The position numbers and the translations under genes were made by a program. 64,000 bases of DNA from Mobula hypostoma (Eukaryota): positions 434,001 through 498,000 of the forward strand of contig NC_086098.1 in NCBI RefSeq assembly GCF_963921235.1, given 5' to 3'. The notes below the pieces were generated by a model, which did not search any database, was not told the DNA's origin, and saw only the letters and a program-made list of their open reading frames with translations. Shown piece by piece: positions 49,618 through 60,477 of the stretch; position 1 is the stretch's first letter; every line of letters starts with the position of its first letter.

Positions 49618-50797
49618 CCGTTGAAGTCAGAAGTTTACAAACACCTTAGCCAAATATATTTAAACTCAGTTTTTCACAATTCCTGATATTTAATCCTAGA
49701 AAACATTTCCTGTCTTAGGTCAGTTAGGATCACTACTTTACTTTAAGAACGTGAAATGTCAGAATAATAGTAGAGAGAATGATTTATTTCAGCTTTTATT
49801 TCTTTCATCACTTTCCCAGTGGGTCAGAAGTTTACATACACTGTTAGTATTTGGTAGCATTGCCTTTAAATTGTTTAACTTAGGTCAAACGTTTTGGGTA
49901 GCCTTCCAGAAGCTTCTCAATGTAAGTTGCTCCAATTTTGTTCCATTCCTCCAGATAGAACTGGTGCAACTGAGTCAGGTTTGTAGGCCTCCTTGCTCGC
50001 ACACGCTTTTTCAGTTCTGCCCACAAATTTTCTATCGGATTGAGGTCAGGGCTTTGTGATGGCCACTCCAATATCTTGACTTTGTTGTCCTTAAGCAATA
50101 TTGCCACAACTTTAGAGGTATGCTTGGGGTCATTGTCCATTTGGAAGACCTATTTGCGACCAAGCTTTAACTTCCTGGCTGATGTCTTGAGATGTTGCTG
50201 CAATATACCCACATAATTTTCCTTCCTCATGATGCCATCTATTTTGTGAAGTGCAGCAGTCCCTCCTGCAGCAAAGCACCCCCACAACATTATGCTGCCA
50301 CCCCCATGCTTCATGATTGGGATGGTGTTCTTTGGCTTGCAAGCCTCACCCTTTTTCCTCCATCATAACGATGGTCACTATCACCAAACGGTTCAATTTT
50401 TGTGTCATCAGACCGGAGGACATTTCTCCAAGATGAAAGATTTTTGTCCCCATGTGCACTTGCAAACTGTAGTCTGGCTTTTTTATGGCGGTTTTGGAGC
50501 AGTGGCTTCTTCCTTGCTGAGCAGTCTTTCAGGTTATGTTGATATCGGACTCGTTTTACTGTGGATATAGATATTTGTCTACCTGTTTCCTCCAGCATCT
50601 TCACAAGGTCCTTTGCTGTTGTTCTGGGATTGATTTGCACTTTTCGCGCCAAAGTACGTTCATCTCTAGGAGACAGAAAGCGTCTCCTTCCTGAGCGGTA
50701 TGATGGCTGCGTGGTCCCATGGTGTTTATGCTTGCGTACTGTTGTTTGTACAGATGAACATGGTACCTTCAGGCATTTGGAAATTGCTCCCAAGGAT
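49618..50797 (-). mobile_element. Tc1/mariner DD34E transposon of the Sleeping Beauty (IR/DR) family; 3' terminal repeat and most of the transposase, 5' end missing
   Basis: TA then CCGTTGAAGTCAGAAGTTTACAAACAC; inner direct repeat GTCAGAAGTTTACATACAC at 49823-49841; HGTTQPSYRSGRRR, RKVQINPRTTAKDLVKML, MDNDPKHTSK, WPSQSPDLNPIENLW; 34 residues between D and E. Confidence 0.95.
49844..50797 (-). pseudogene. Sleeping Beauty-like transposase, frameshifted, N-terminal about 23 aa lost
   Basis: SLGAISK... through ...FKGNATKY-stop (TAA at 49844-49846) in several ORF pieces. Confidence 0.92.
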
Positions 50798-50798
50798 A

Positions 50799-51404
50799 TG
50801 TAACGGCCTTTACCCCAACTGACTCCCATTGCCCAGGGAGAATAGCGTCGACCCCGCCAAACAGTGCAAATGCTTTGGTGCGGATACGGTGTGAGGCGCT
50901 CAATGATCAGCCATGACACAAATATCAAACAATATACCAAGCACAAGTAACGGATTATACTTTATAGCAAGTTTTGGTGATGGGTTAGTAGCAACAACTA
51001 AAAGAAAAGGCGCCACATAAGTAACTTATCAGTCTTCTGCACATAATATGTTAATACGTTGGAGCTCACGCCTCCAATTCCATTCGCAACGTCCTTCTGA
51101 GACTCTGGCCACCATCCAAACCTCCGAGGTCCAGTATCTGCCGCCCTGGAACCACTGTCCGTTCCCCGCACGTTCGTCCTGTCTGCTCGCCTCCCGAAAA
51201 AAGTCCGTGCTCTTCAACTCATATACACATATACAAGATAACATAACATGACTTTCACTGGCTAGCAAATGAATACACTCCTCATTGTCAGTAATACAAC
51301 CCAAACAAGCTGCTAGAGAGAGAACTTTCTCAGCAGTTAACATACGAGAAGCTATTTTGGTAATAAGTGATTAACAGTTAACAGTCTAGCTAATATTACT
51401 GAGA
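50799..51404 (-). mobile_element. Probable partial LTR (reverse orientation) truncating the Tc1 element
   Basis: Abrupt non-Tc1 sequence starting TGTAAC (…GTTACA end on the minus strand, as in the Gypsy LTR); non-coding; other end not found. Confidence 0.5.
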
Positions 51405-52659
51405 ACCATAAGACCCTAAGACAAAGGAGCAGAAGTCGGCCATTTGGCCCATCGAGTCTGCTCCGCCATTTTATCATGAGCTGATCCATTCTCCTATTTA
51501 GTCCCACTCATCCGCCTTCTCACTATAACCTTTGATGCCCTGGCTACTCAGATACCTAACAATCTCTGCCTTAAATAAACCCAATGACTTGGCCTCCACT
51601 GCCGCCCATGACAACAAATTCCATAGGTTCACCACCCTCTAGCTAAAAAAAATTCTTTGCATCTCTGTTCTGAATGGGCGCCCTTCAATCCTTAATTCAT
51701 GCCCTCTCGTACTAGACTCCCCCATCATGGGAAACAATTTTGCCACATCCACTCTGTCCATGCCTTTCAACATTCGAACTGTTTCTATGAGGTCCCCCCT
51801 CATTCTTCTAAACTTCAAGGAATACAGTCCAAGAGCGGACAAATGTCCCTCATATGTTAACCCTCTCATTCCCAGAAACATTCTAGTGAATCCTCTCTGA
51901 ACTCTCACCAACGTCAGCTCATCCTTTCTTAAATAAGGAGCCCAAAACTTCCCACAGTACTCCAAGTGAGGTCTCACCAGTGCCTTATAGAGCATCAACA
52001 TCACACCCCTGCTCCTATACTCTATTCCTCTAGAAATTAATGTCAACATTGCATTTGCCTTCTTCACCACCGACTCAACCTGGAGGTTAACCTTAAGGGT
52101 ATCCTGCACGAGGACTCCCAAGTCCCGTTGCATCTTAGAACTTAGAATTCTCTCCCTATTTAAATAATAGTCTGCCTGTTTATTTCTTCTGCCAAAATGC
52201 ATAACCATACACTTTCCAACATTGTATTTCATTTGCCACTTCTTTGCCCATTCTCCCAATCTATCCAAGTCTCCCTGCAGACTCTCTGTTTCCTCAGCAC
52301 TACCGGCCCCTACACCTATCTTTGTATCATCAGCAAACTTAGCCACAAAGCCATCTATTCCATAATCCAAATCGTTGACGTACAATGTAAAAAGAAGCGG
52401 CCCTAACACGGACCCCTGTGGAACACCACTGGTAACTGGCAGCCAACCAGAATAGGATCCCTTTATTCCCACTCTCTGTTTCCTGCCAATCAGCCAATGC
52501 TCTATCCACGTATGTAGCTTTCCCATAATTCCATGGGCTCTTATCTTGTTAAGCAGCCTCATGTGTGGCACCTTGTCAAAGGCCTTCTGAAAATCCAAAT
52601 ATACAACATCTACTGCATCTCCCTTGTCTAGCCTACTGGTAATTTCCTCAAAAAATTGC
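51405..52659 (-). mobile_element. CR1-C 3' part with long open RT frame
   Basis: 343-aa ORF LQFFEEITSRLDKG...FADD...; tail ACCATAAGACCCTAAGAC. Confidence 0.94.
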
Positions 52660-52660
52660 A

Positions 52661-53267
52661 ATATAACCATATAACAATTACAGCATGGAAACAGGCCATC
52701 TTGGCCCTTCTTGTCCGTGCTGAACTCTTACTCTCACCTAGTCCCACTGACCTGGACTCAGCCCATAACTCTCCATTCCTTTCCTGTCCATATAGCTATC
52801 CAAATTAACTTTAAATGACAACATCGAACCTGCCTCAACCACTTCTGCTGGAAGGTCGCTCCACACAGCTACCACTCTCTGAGTAAAGAAGTTCCTCCTC
52901 ATGTTACCCTTAAACTTTTTCCCTTTAACTCTCAACTCATGTCCTCTTGTTTGAACTTCCCCCACTCTCAATGGAAAAAGGCTATCCACATCAACTCTAT
53001 CTATCCCCCTCATAATTTAAAATACCTCTATCAAGTCCCCCCTCAACCTTCTACGCTCCAAAGAATAAAGACCCAACTTGTTCAACCTTTCTCTGTAACT
53101 TAGGAGATGAAACCCAGGTAACATTCTAGTAAATCCTCTCTGTACTCTCTCAATTTTGTTGACATCTTTCCTATAATTCAGTGACCAAAACTGTACACAA
53201 TACTCCAAATTTGGCCTTACCAATGCCTTGTACAATTTCAACATTACATCCCGACTCCTATACTCAA
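52661..53267 (-). mobile_element. CR1 3' fragment of a further D-related family
   Basis: [19 protein letters not shown]; tail ATATAACCATATAAC. Confidence 0.88.
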
Positions 53268-53654
53268 TGAAGAGGTATAGTCGACATTTCAGGCCAAGAC
53301 CCTTCGTCAGGACTAACTGAAGGAAGAGTTAGTAGGAGATTTGAAAGTGGGAGGAGGGGGAGATCCAAAATGATAGGAGAAGACAGGAGGGGGAGGGATG
53401 GAGCCAAGAGCTGGACAGGTGACTGGCAAAGGGGATATGAGAAGATCATGGGACAGGAGGCCCGGGGAGAAAGAGAAGGGGGGGGAACCCAGAGGATGGG
53501 CAAGGGGTATAGTCAGAGGGACAGAAGGAGAAAAAGGAGAGAGAGAGAAAGTATGTGTGTATAAAGATAAATAACGGATGGGGTACGAGGGGGAGGTGGG
53601 GCATTGGGGGGGCTTCCACTAATGCCCCACCTCCCCCTCGTACCTCATCCGTTA
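53268..53654 (-). mobile_element. Penelope terminal fragment with hammerhead motif (53279-53314) and a short inverted end
   Basis: Matches 5948-6283; arms 53572-53605 and 53621-53654 are inverted copies with one mismatch. Confidence 0.88.
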
Positions 53655-55357
53655 CAACAGACTGGTAGGACATGTGAAGGAGTGGCCTGCGGACTCCAAA
53701 GGCCTTCAGTCTCTCAGGAATTAGAGGCAACTCTAGCTCTTCTTGTACATAGCTTCTGTAGTTTTTACTGCTTGCTGTTCATCTGTGCTGTGTACTTCAC
53801 ATGCATTTTGAATTATATTTATTAACTTATTTGTGGTCATATTTTGCTTTATGTGCATCTGTGATATGTTTTATGGGTACACCATAGTCCAGAGGAACTT
53901 TGTTTCATTTGGTTGTATGCATGCACAGTCAGATGACAATAAACTTGAACTGGATCAGAGATCATTTATGTGAATGTCGTGTTTCTGATGCTGAGTGCCT
54001 GTGATGCTGCTGCAAATAAGTTTTCATATATGTACTTGTGCAGATGACAATGCCTTAGATTGACAAGTCTCCTTGAAAGCACAAATAGATATATCAGACT
54101 CTGCCCAATACACCATTTTGGCCATGCCATCTTCTCACAGCTACCACTAGACAGGAAGTTTAGAAGCCCGAAGTCCAAGACCCTTCTCCCTGCTGCCATG
54201 GCGAAGGAGTTAAGCAGCCTCAGGATACACAGCCACCAGGTTCAGGAGAAGTTATTTCCCCTCGACCATCCCTCTTGAACCAAGGGAATTAACTAAAAAC
54301 TGATTCCATAACCTATGCACTCATTTTCAAAGACTCTCCATCTCATGTTCTTGATACTTATTTATTTTTTATTATCAATTTGTTTTTTTTTTGTATTTTC
54401 ACAGTTTGTTCTCTTTTATACACTAGTTGTTTGTCCGTCTTGTGTGGGGTCACTTAGAAAGAATGTGCTGAAATTGGAGACAGTCAAAGGAAGTACACGA
54501 AAAAGATTCCAGGATTGAATGGCTTGTCACGTGAAGAGTGTTTGATGGCTCTGGGCCTGTATTCACTGGAATTCAGAAGAATGAGGGGTGACCTCATTGA
54601 AACCTATTGAACTGTAAAAGGCCTTGATAGAATGGTTGCGGATATGGAGAAGATGTTTCCTATGAACAGGTACTTTGGATGTGTCTTCACTAGGGAAGAC
54701 ACAAACAATCTTCCAGATATAATAGTGGCCAAAGGACCTAGGGTAATGGATGAACTGAAGGAAATTTATATTAGGCAGGAAGTGGTGTTGGATAGACTGT
54801 TGGGTCTGAAGGCTGATTAGTCCCCGGGATCTGATGGTCTTAATCCCAGGGTACTTAAGGAGGTGGCTTTAGAAATCGTGGACGCATTGGTAATCATTTT
54901 CCAATGCTCTATAGATTCAGGATCAGTTCTTGTGGATTGGAGGGTGGCTAATGTTGTCCCTCTCTTCAAGAAGGGAGGAAGAGAGAAAACATGGAATTAT
55001 AGACTAGTTAGCCTGATGTCGGTGGTGGGAAAGATGCTGGCCAGAAAACAGCCTTCCTCTAATTTAGAATCTCAACCTGTGGACCAAATCTATCTTTTTC
55101 CATACTTACTTTGAAACTAATGGCATGATCACTAGATGCAAAGTGTTACCCTCACAAACTTCTGTCACTTGTTCTGTCTCATTCCCAAATAGAGACCCTG
55201 CCCCTCCTGCAACTAATGGCTATATTATCATAATTCCTGGTGTTGATTCATGCCCTGAGGTCCTCTGCCTTTCTTATGATATTTCTTGCATTGAAATAGA
55301 CGCAGCTCAGGACATTAGTTGCACCATGCTCAACCCTTTGACCCTTGACTTTGTCTG

Positions 55358-56021
55358 TGTCATGGTCCCAACTGTTAATTCCTCTTATTCTCCTAATTCC
55401 CTTTTCCCTGTGTTCTCCTGGGCTCCTTGATTACAGCACCTGATTCTCATCTAAACCTTCAGCATAAAAACCCCGGCTTTGCATCCACTGGTTGCCAGAC
55501 CGTTGCTTCAGCCAGTGTAGTAATTCACATTCCCAGCCACTTAGAATGGTGTATTCTAAGTTTTACTTCAGTCCTGAGGTTTACCTGTGTAACTCTGTCT
55601 CTCCGTGTCAAGATAAGGATTGCCTGCCGTTTGCCTTTCCATTTAACGCTCCGTGTCAAGGTAAGTGTTGCCTGCTGCCTGTCTCCTGTTTGCCGTTCAG
55701 CTTCAGCAATGCCCTGTGTCAAGAAAAGTATGGCATGCCTCTCACCATTCTCCCCAGCCACACTCATCCCCTTATCCGCATCCCTGCTCTGCCTCGTCCC
55801 ACTGTCCGTCTACACTCTCCACTGGCTCGGTGGTTAAACGCCGCGTTCTCACTGTAGTGACCCGGGTTCGATCTCCGGTCCAGCCTCGATTATTCCTCCG
55901 CTTTACTCAGCCTATTCCTTGCTCCCCGGCCTTCCCTGCAACCGTTAATAAACACTCTTCTGATTATACTACCTCTGTGTCAGTGTCCTGCATTTGGGTT
56001 CACCCGTTCTTCGCTTCAACA
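55358..56021 (+). mobile_element. Solo LTR (664 bp), Gypsy-type
   Basis: TGT...ACA termini; TSD GTCTG at 55353-55357 and 56022-56026; CATAAAA near 55463; AATAAA at 55947; TGCATTTGGGT near the 3' end; three degenerate CTCCGTGTCAAG repeats. Confidence 0.88.
55816..55886 (+). pseudogene. tRNA-Glu(CTC)-like sequence inside the solo LTR
   Basis: A box TGGCTCGGTGG (55823-55833), loop TT-CTC-AC, T arm CCGGG-TTCGATC-TCCGG (55862-55878); no convincing acceptor stem. Confidence 0.65.
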
Positions 56022-56846
56022 GTCTGAGGACTTAACATCATCTGTCTCCACAATCTCTCCATTATCTATTCTGGCATTATGGTTTCCATCCCCCTGCAAG
56101 TCTCGTTCAAACCCCACTGTGTTGCACTAGCAAACCTTTACACGAGGATATTAGTCCCCTTCCACTTCAGGTGCAAATTATCCCTTCCGTACAGGTCCCA
56201 ACTTCCCTTGAAAAGAGCCCAATGATTCAAAAATCTTATACCCTTCACCAAGTCCTTAGTGAATTGCTAAATTGTATAATCTTCCTATTTCTGGCCTCAC
56301 AAGCATGTGGTATAGGTAGCAATACTGATATCACAACCCTGGCAGTCCTACCCTTTAACATAGCACCTAACTCCCTGAACACTTTGCAGAACCTTATCAA
56401 TCTTCCTATCTATGTCAGTGGTACCTGCATGGACCACGACCTCTGGTTATTCACCATCCCATTTAAGAATGCTGAGAACTTGATCGGAGAAATCTAGGAC
56501 AAGGCACTCAGGAGGCAATATACCATTCAGGAATCTCTTTCTTGTTCACAGAACCTCCTTTCTGTTCCTCTAATGAATGAATCCCTTATCAACATGAACA
56601 CTGACTTTCCTCATCCCTCCCAACAATATCCAATGTGGTATACCTATTGTTGAGGGAGATGGCAGTAGGGGTATTCTGCAATGGCTGTTTAATCCTTTTC
56701 CACTTCCTGACTGTCACCCAATTTCCTATGTCCTACAGCTTGGGTGTAACTACTTATCTATCATCTTCTTAACTCCACAAATGATCTGGAATTCATACCT
56801 TTCCAGCTCCAGCTCCTTAATGCAGAGTGGTAGAAGCTGGAGCTCA

Positions 56847-56992
56847 TTTTCTGTAATTTCGGTAACAAAATAATCTTGCTCAAACTCCCAAGTCTTCTTC
56901 CACCAGTCTCTTAAATTTGGGAACTCTCCCTCAAAGGGTAATTGGCAGATCAGCATTTCTGAACTACACTCCTGAACTGTGAAATTCAACAC
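56847..56992 (-). other. Candidate host exon remnant, unidentified protein
   Basis: Acceptor TTTCCTTTATAGTTTTAG|G then open frame VLNFTVQECSSEMLICQLPFEGEFPNLRDWWKKTWEFEQDYFVTEITE; runs into CR1 with no donor site. Confidence 0.3.
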
Positions 56993-57418
56993 CTAAAACT
57001 ATAAAGGAAATAGACTCAGTTGAGACTTTTAACACCAGCTCTAAATATATTTACAGTATATAATTTTGCTTTTAACTAACAATTTTTTAATCCTTTATTT
57101 TCATGCTTGCAGTTTGCCCTATTGTAAAATATTGTGAACTACATCGTCTGTATGAAAAGTGCGCTGTATATAATATTATTATTATATTTCTATTTTTTCT
57201 CAGCTCAAGCTGTTATAACCTGAGGTATGGGTTGGCCAATCACACTCACTTCTCAATTGCAAGGAACTATCAGACTAATCTAGTGGCGATTAGTATTGTG
57301 GCTTTCTGGAGATTTACATAAATATTGCTGCTTAGGCCTAGTGGTTTAATGTTATTGCATAGGACTTTTGGGATGATAGCAGTTGGAGGCATTAATATTG
57401 GGATAATGTATACAGTTT

Positions 57419-58846
57419 ATAGAAACATAGAAAATAGGTGCAGGAGTAGACCATTCGGCCCTTCGAGCCTACACCGCCATTTATTATGATCATGGCTGAT
57501 CATCCAACTCAGAACCCCGCCCCAGCCTTCCCTCCATACCCCCTGACCCCCGTAGCCACAAGGGCCATATCTAACTCCCTCTTAAATATAGCCAATGAAC
57601 TGGCCTCAACAGTTTCCTGTGGAAGAGAATTCCACAGATTCACCACTCTCTGTGTGAAGAAGTTTTTCCTAATCTCGGTCCTAAAAGGCTTCCCCTCTAT
57701 CCTCAAATGGTGGCCCCTCGTTCTGGACTTCTCCAACATCGGGAACAATCTTCCTGCATCTAGCCTGTCCAATCCCTTTAGGATCTTATACGTTTCAATC
57801 AGATCCCCCCTCAATCTTCTAAATTCCAACGAGTACAAGCCCAGTTCATCCAGTCTTTCTTCATATGAAAGTCCTGCCATCCCAGGAATCAATCTGGTGA
57901 ACCTTCTTTGTACTCCCTCTATGGCAAGGATGTCTTTCCTCAGATTAGGGGACCAAAACTGCACACAATACTCCAGGTGTGGTCTCACCAAGGCCTTGTA
58001 CAACTGCAGTAGTACCTCCCTGCTCCTGTACTCGAATCCTCTCGCTATAAATGCCAGCACACCGTTCGCCTTTTTCACCGCCTGCTGTACCTGCATGCCC
58101 ACTTTCAATGACTGGTGTATAATGACACCCAGGTCTCGTTGCACCTCCCCTTTTCCTAATCGGCCACCATTCAGATAATAATCTGTTTTCCTATTTTTGC
58201 CACCAAAGTGGATAACTTCACATTTATCCACATTAAATTGCATCTGCCATGAATTTGCCCACTCACCCAACCTATCCCAGTCACCCTGCATCCTCTTAGC
58301 ATCCTCCTCACAGCTAACACTGCCACCCAGCTTCGTGTCATCCGCAAACTTGGAGATGCTGCATTTAATTCCCTCATCCAAGTCATTAATATATATTGTA
58401 AACAACTGGGGTCCCAGCACTGAGCCTTGCGGTACCCCACTAGTCACCGCCTGCCATTCTGAAAAGGTCCCGTTTATTCCCACTCTTTGCTTCCTGTCTG
58501 CTAACCAATTCTCCACCCACACCAATACCTTACCCCCAATACCGTGTGCTTTAAGTTTGCACACTAATCTCCTGTGTGGGACCTTGTCAAAAGCCTTTTG
58601 AAAATCCAAATATACCACATCCACTGGTTCTCCCCTATCCACTCTACTAGTTACATCCTCAAAAAATTCTATGAGATTCGTCAGACATGATTTTCCTTTC
58701 ACAAATCCATGCTGACTTTGTCCAATCATTTCACCGCTTTCCAAATGTGCTGTTATCATATCCTTGATAACTGACTCCAGCAGTTTCCCCACCACCGACG
58801 TTAGGCTAACCGGTCTATAATTCCCCGGTTTCTCTCTCCCTCCGTT
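57419..58846 (-). mobile_element. CR1-A 3' half with uninterrupted 428-aa RT frame (young copy)
   Basis: ORF 57509-58795 has all RT motifs intact; tail ATAGAAACATAGAAA. Confidence 0.96.
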
Positions 58847-58860
58847 TTTATGGTCTTTTA

Positions 58861-59826
58861 TAAGACCATAAGATCATAAGATGTAGGAGCAGAAGTCGTC
58901 ATTCAATCATGGGCTGATCCAATTCTTCCAGTCATTCCCACTCCCCTGCCTTCTCCACATACCCTTTGATGCCCTGGCTAATCAAGCACCTATCCATCTC
59001 TGTCTTAAATGTACCCAATGACTTGGCCTCCACAGCCGCTCTTGCAAACAAATTCCACAGATTTACCACCCTCTGACTAAAGTAATTTCTCCGCACCTCT
59101 GTTCTAAATGGATGTCCTCAATCCTGAAGTCATGCCCTCTTGTCCTGGACTCCCCTACCATGGGAAATAACTTTGCCATATCTAATCTGTTCAGGCCTTT
59201 AACATTCAGAATGTTTCTATGAGGACCCTCCTCATTCTCCTGAGCTCCAGGGAATACAGCCCAAGAGCTGCCAGACGTTCCTCATCCGGTAACCCTTTCA
59301 TTCCTGGAATCATTCTTGTGAATCTTCTCTGAACCCTCTTCAATATCAGTATATCCTTTCTAAAATAAGGAGCCCAAAACTGCACACAATACACAATAGT
59401 GTGGTCTCACAAGTGCCTTATAGAACCTCAATATCACATTCCTGCTCCTATATTCTAGGCCTCTAGAAATGAGTGTCAACATTGCATTCGCCTTCTTCAC
59501 AACTGACTCAACCTGGAGGTTAACCTTTAGGGTATCTTGCATAAGGAATCCCAAGTCCCTTTGCATCTCTGCCTTTTGAATTCTCCCCCCATTTAAATAA
59601 TAGTCTGCCCATTTATATCTTCCACCAAAGTGCACGACCATCCACTTTCCAACTTTGTATTTCATTTGCCACTTCTTTGCCCCTTCTTTGCCCATTCCCC
59701 TAAACTATCTAAGTCTCTCTGCAGGCGCTCTGTTTCCTCAACACTACCCATTCCTCCAGCTATCTTTGGTATCATCAGCAAATTTAGCCACAAATCCATT
59801 GATCCCATAGTCCAAATCATTGACAT
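58861..59826 (-). mobile_element. CR1-E 3' part
   Basis: TAAGACCATAAG tail; [19 protein letters not shown]. Confidence 0.9.
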
Positions 59827-59861
59827 CTTTCAACTTCCTTTTTTAATTCAGCATATTTCTG

Positions 59862-60171
59862 GTCATAGAGTCATAGAAATATACAGCACAGAAGCAAGCC
59901 TTTCTGCCCATCTAGTCCATGCCAAACAATTGAAACTGTCTACTCCCATCAACCTGCACTGGACCATAGCTCTCCATACTCCTACCATCTATATACATAT
60001 CGAAACTTCTCTTAAATGTTGAAATCAAGCTCACATGCACCATTGTGCTGGAAGCTTGTTCCACCCTCTCACAACCTTCTGAGTGAAGAAGATATCCCTC
60101 ATTTTCCCCTTAAACGTCTCACATTTCACCCTTAACCCATGATCTCTAGATGTAGTCCCACCCAATCTCAG
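59862..60171 (-). mobile_element. CR1 3' end of another old family
   Basis: (GTCATAGA)2 tail; decayed GHG...FFTQKV region. Confidence 0.7.
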
Positions 60172-60475
60172 TGGTATTTTTCACTTCGTGATTTTTGTAT
60201 GTTGTGTGTTTTTGTTTGGAATGGTAAGGAAGTTGTTCTTGCTCGTTTATTCTGTAATATTACATCTGGATGGTTATTATGAACAGTCTTATCTGTAATA
60301 GTGGATTGGTCACAATGTAATTTGTAGGATCCTGACTCTAAAACAGAATCAGGCTTGCATTTATGATAAGATATTGTGTCTTTTATGAGTTTTTATATTA
60401 AAGTGAGATTTTGCTGAATGATGTTTGCCACTTGATTGCGCATTTATAAGTAATCTATAAGTAAATTTATAAGTA
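60172..60475 (-). mobile_element. R4/Dong-clade non-LTR fragment (restriction-like endonuclease region), copy 1
   Basis: Minus strand RNQVANIIQQNL...KPDSVLES..YKLHCD.STITDKTVHNNHPDVIL; homologous to 63130-63425. Confidence 0.78.
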
Positions 60476-60477
60476 AA

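Larger units (their letters stand above)
54450..56846. mobile_element. Old CR1 fragments (plus-strand RT 54450-55040; minus-strand endonuclease/ORF1 remnants 55040-56846)
   Basis: WRVANVVPLFKKG..NYRLVSL; minus-strand esterase remnant and CIKELELE zipper. Confidence 0.72.

Noticed and set aside
50311..50946. 211-aa ORF giving the transposase a new N-terminus
   Set aside because: Chance open frame across the LTR/Tc1 junction at 50798; the transposase is frameshifted downstream.
55601..55740. Three spaced CTCCGTGTCAAG-like repeats, superficially CRISPR-like
   Set aside because: Degenerate, unevenly spaced, inside an LTR in eukaryotic DNA, with no cas genes.
57486..58601. Long antisense ORFs opposite CR1 RT, recurring in many copies
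   Set aside because: Shadows of the conserved RT frame repeated because the copies are homologous; no independent coding evidence.
58848..58871. Short palindrome TTATGGTCTT...AAGACCATAA
   Set aside because: Two CR1 tail-type repeats meeting tail to tail; too short to interpret.
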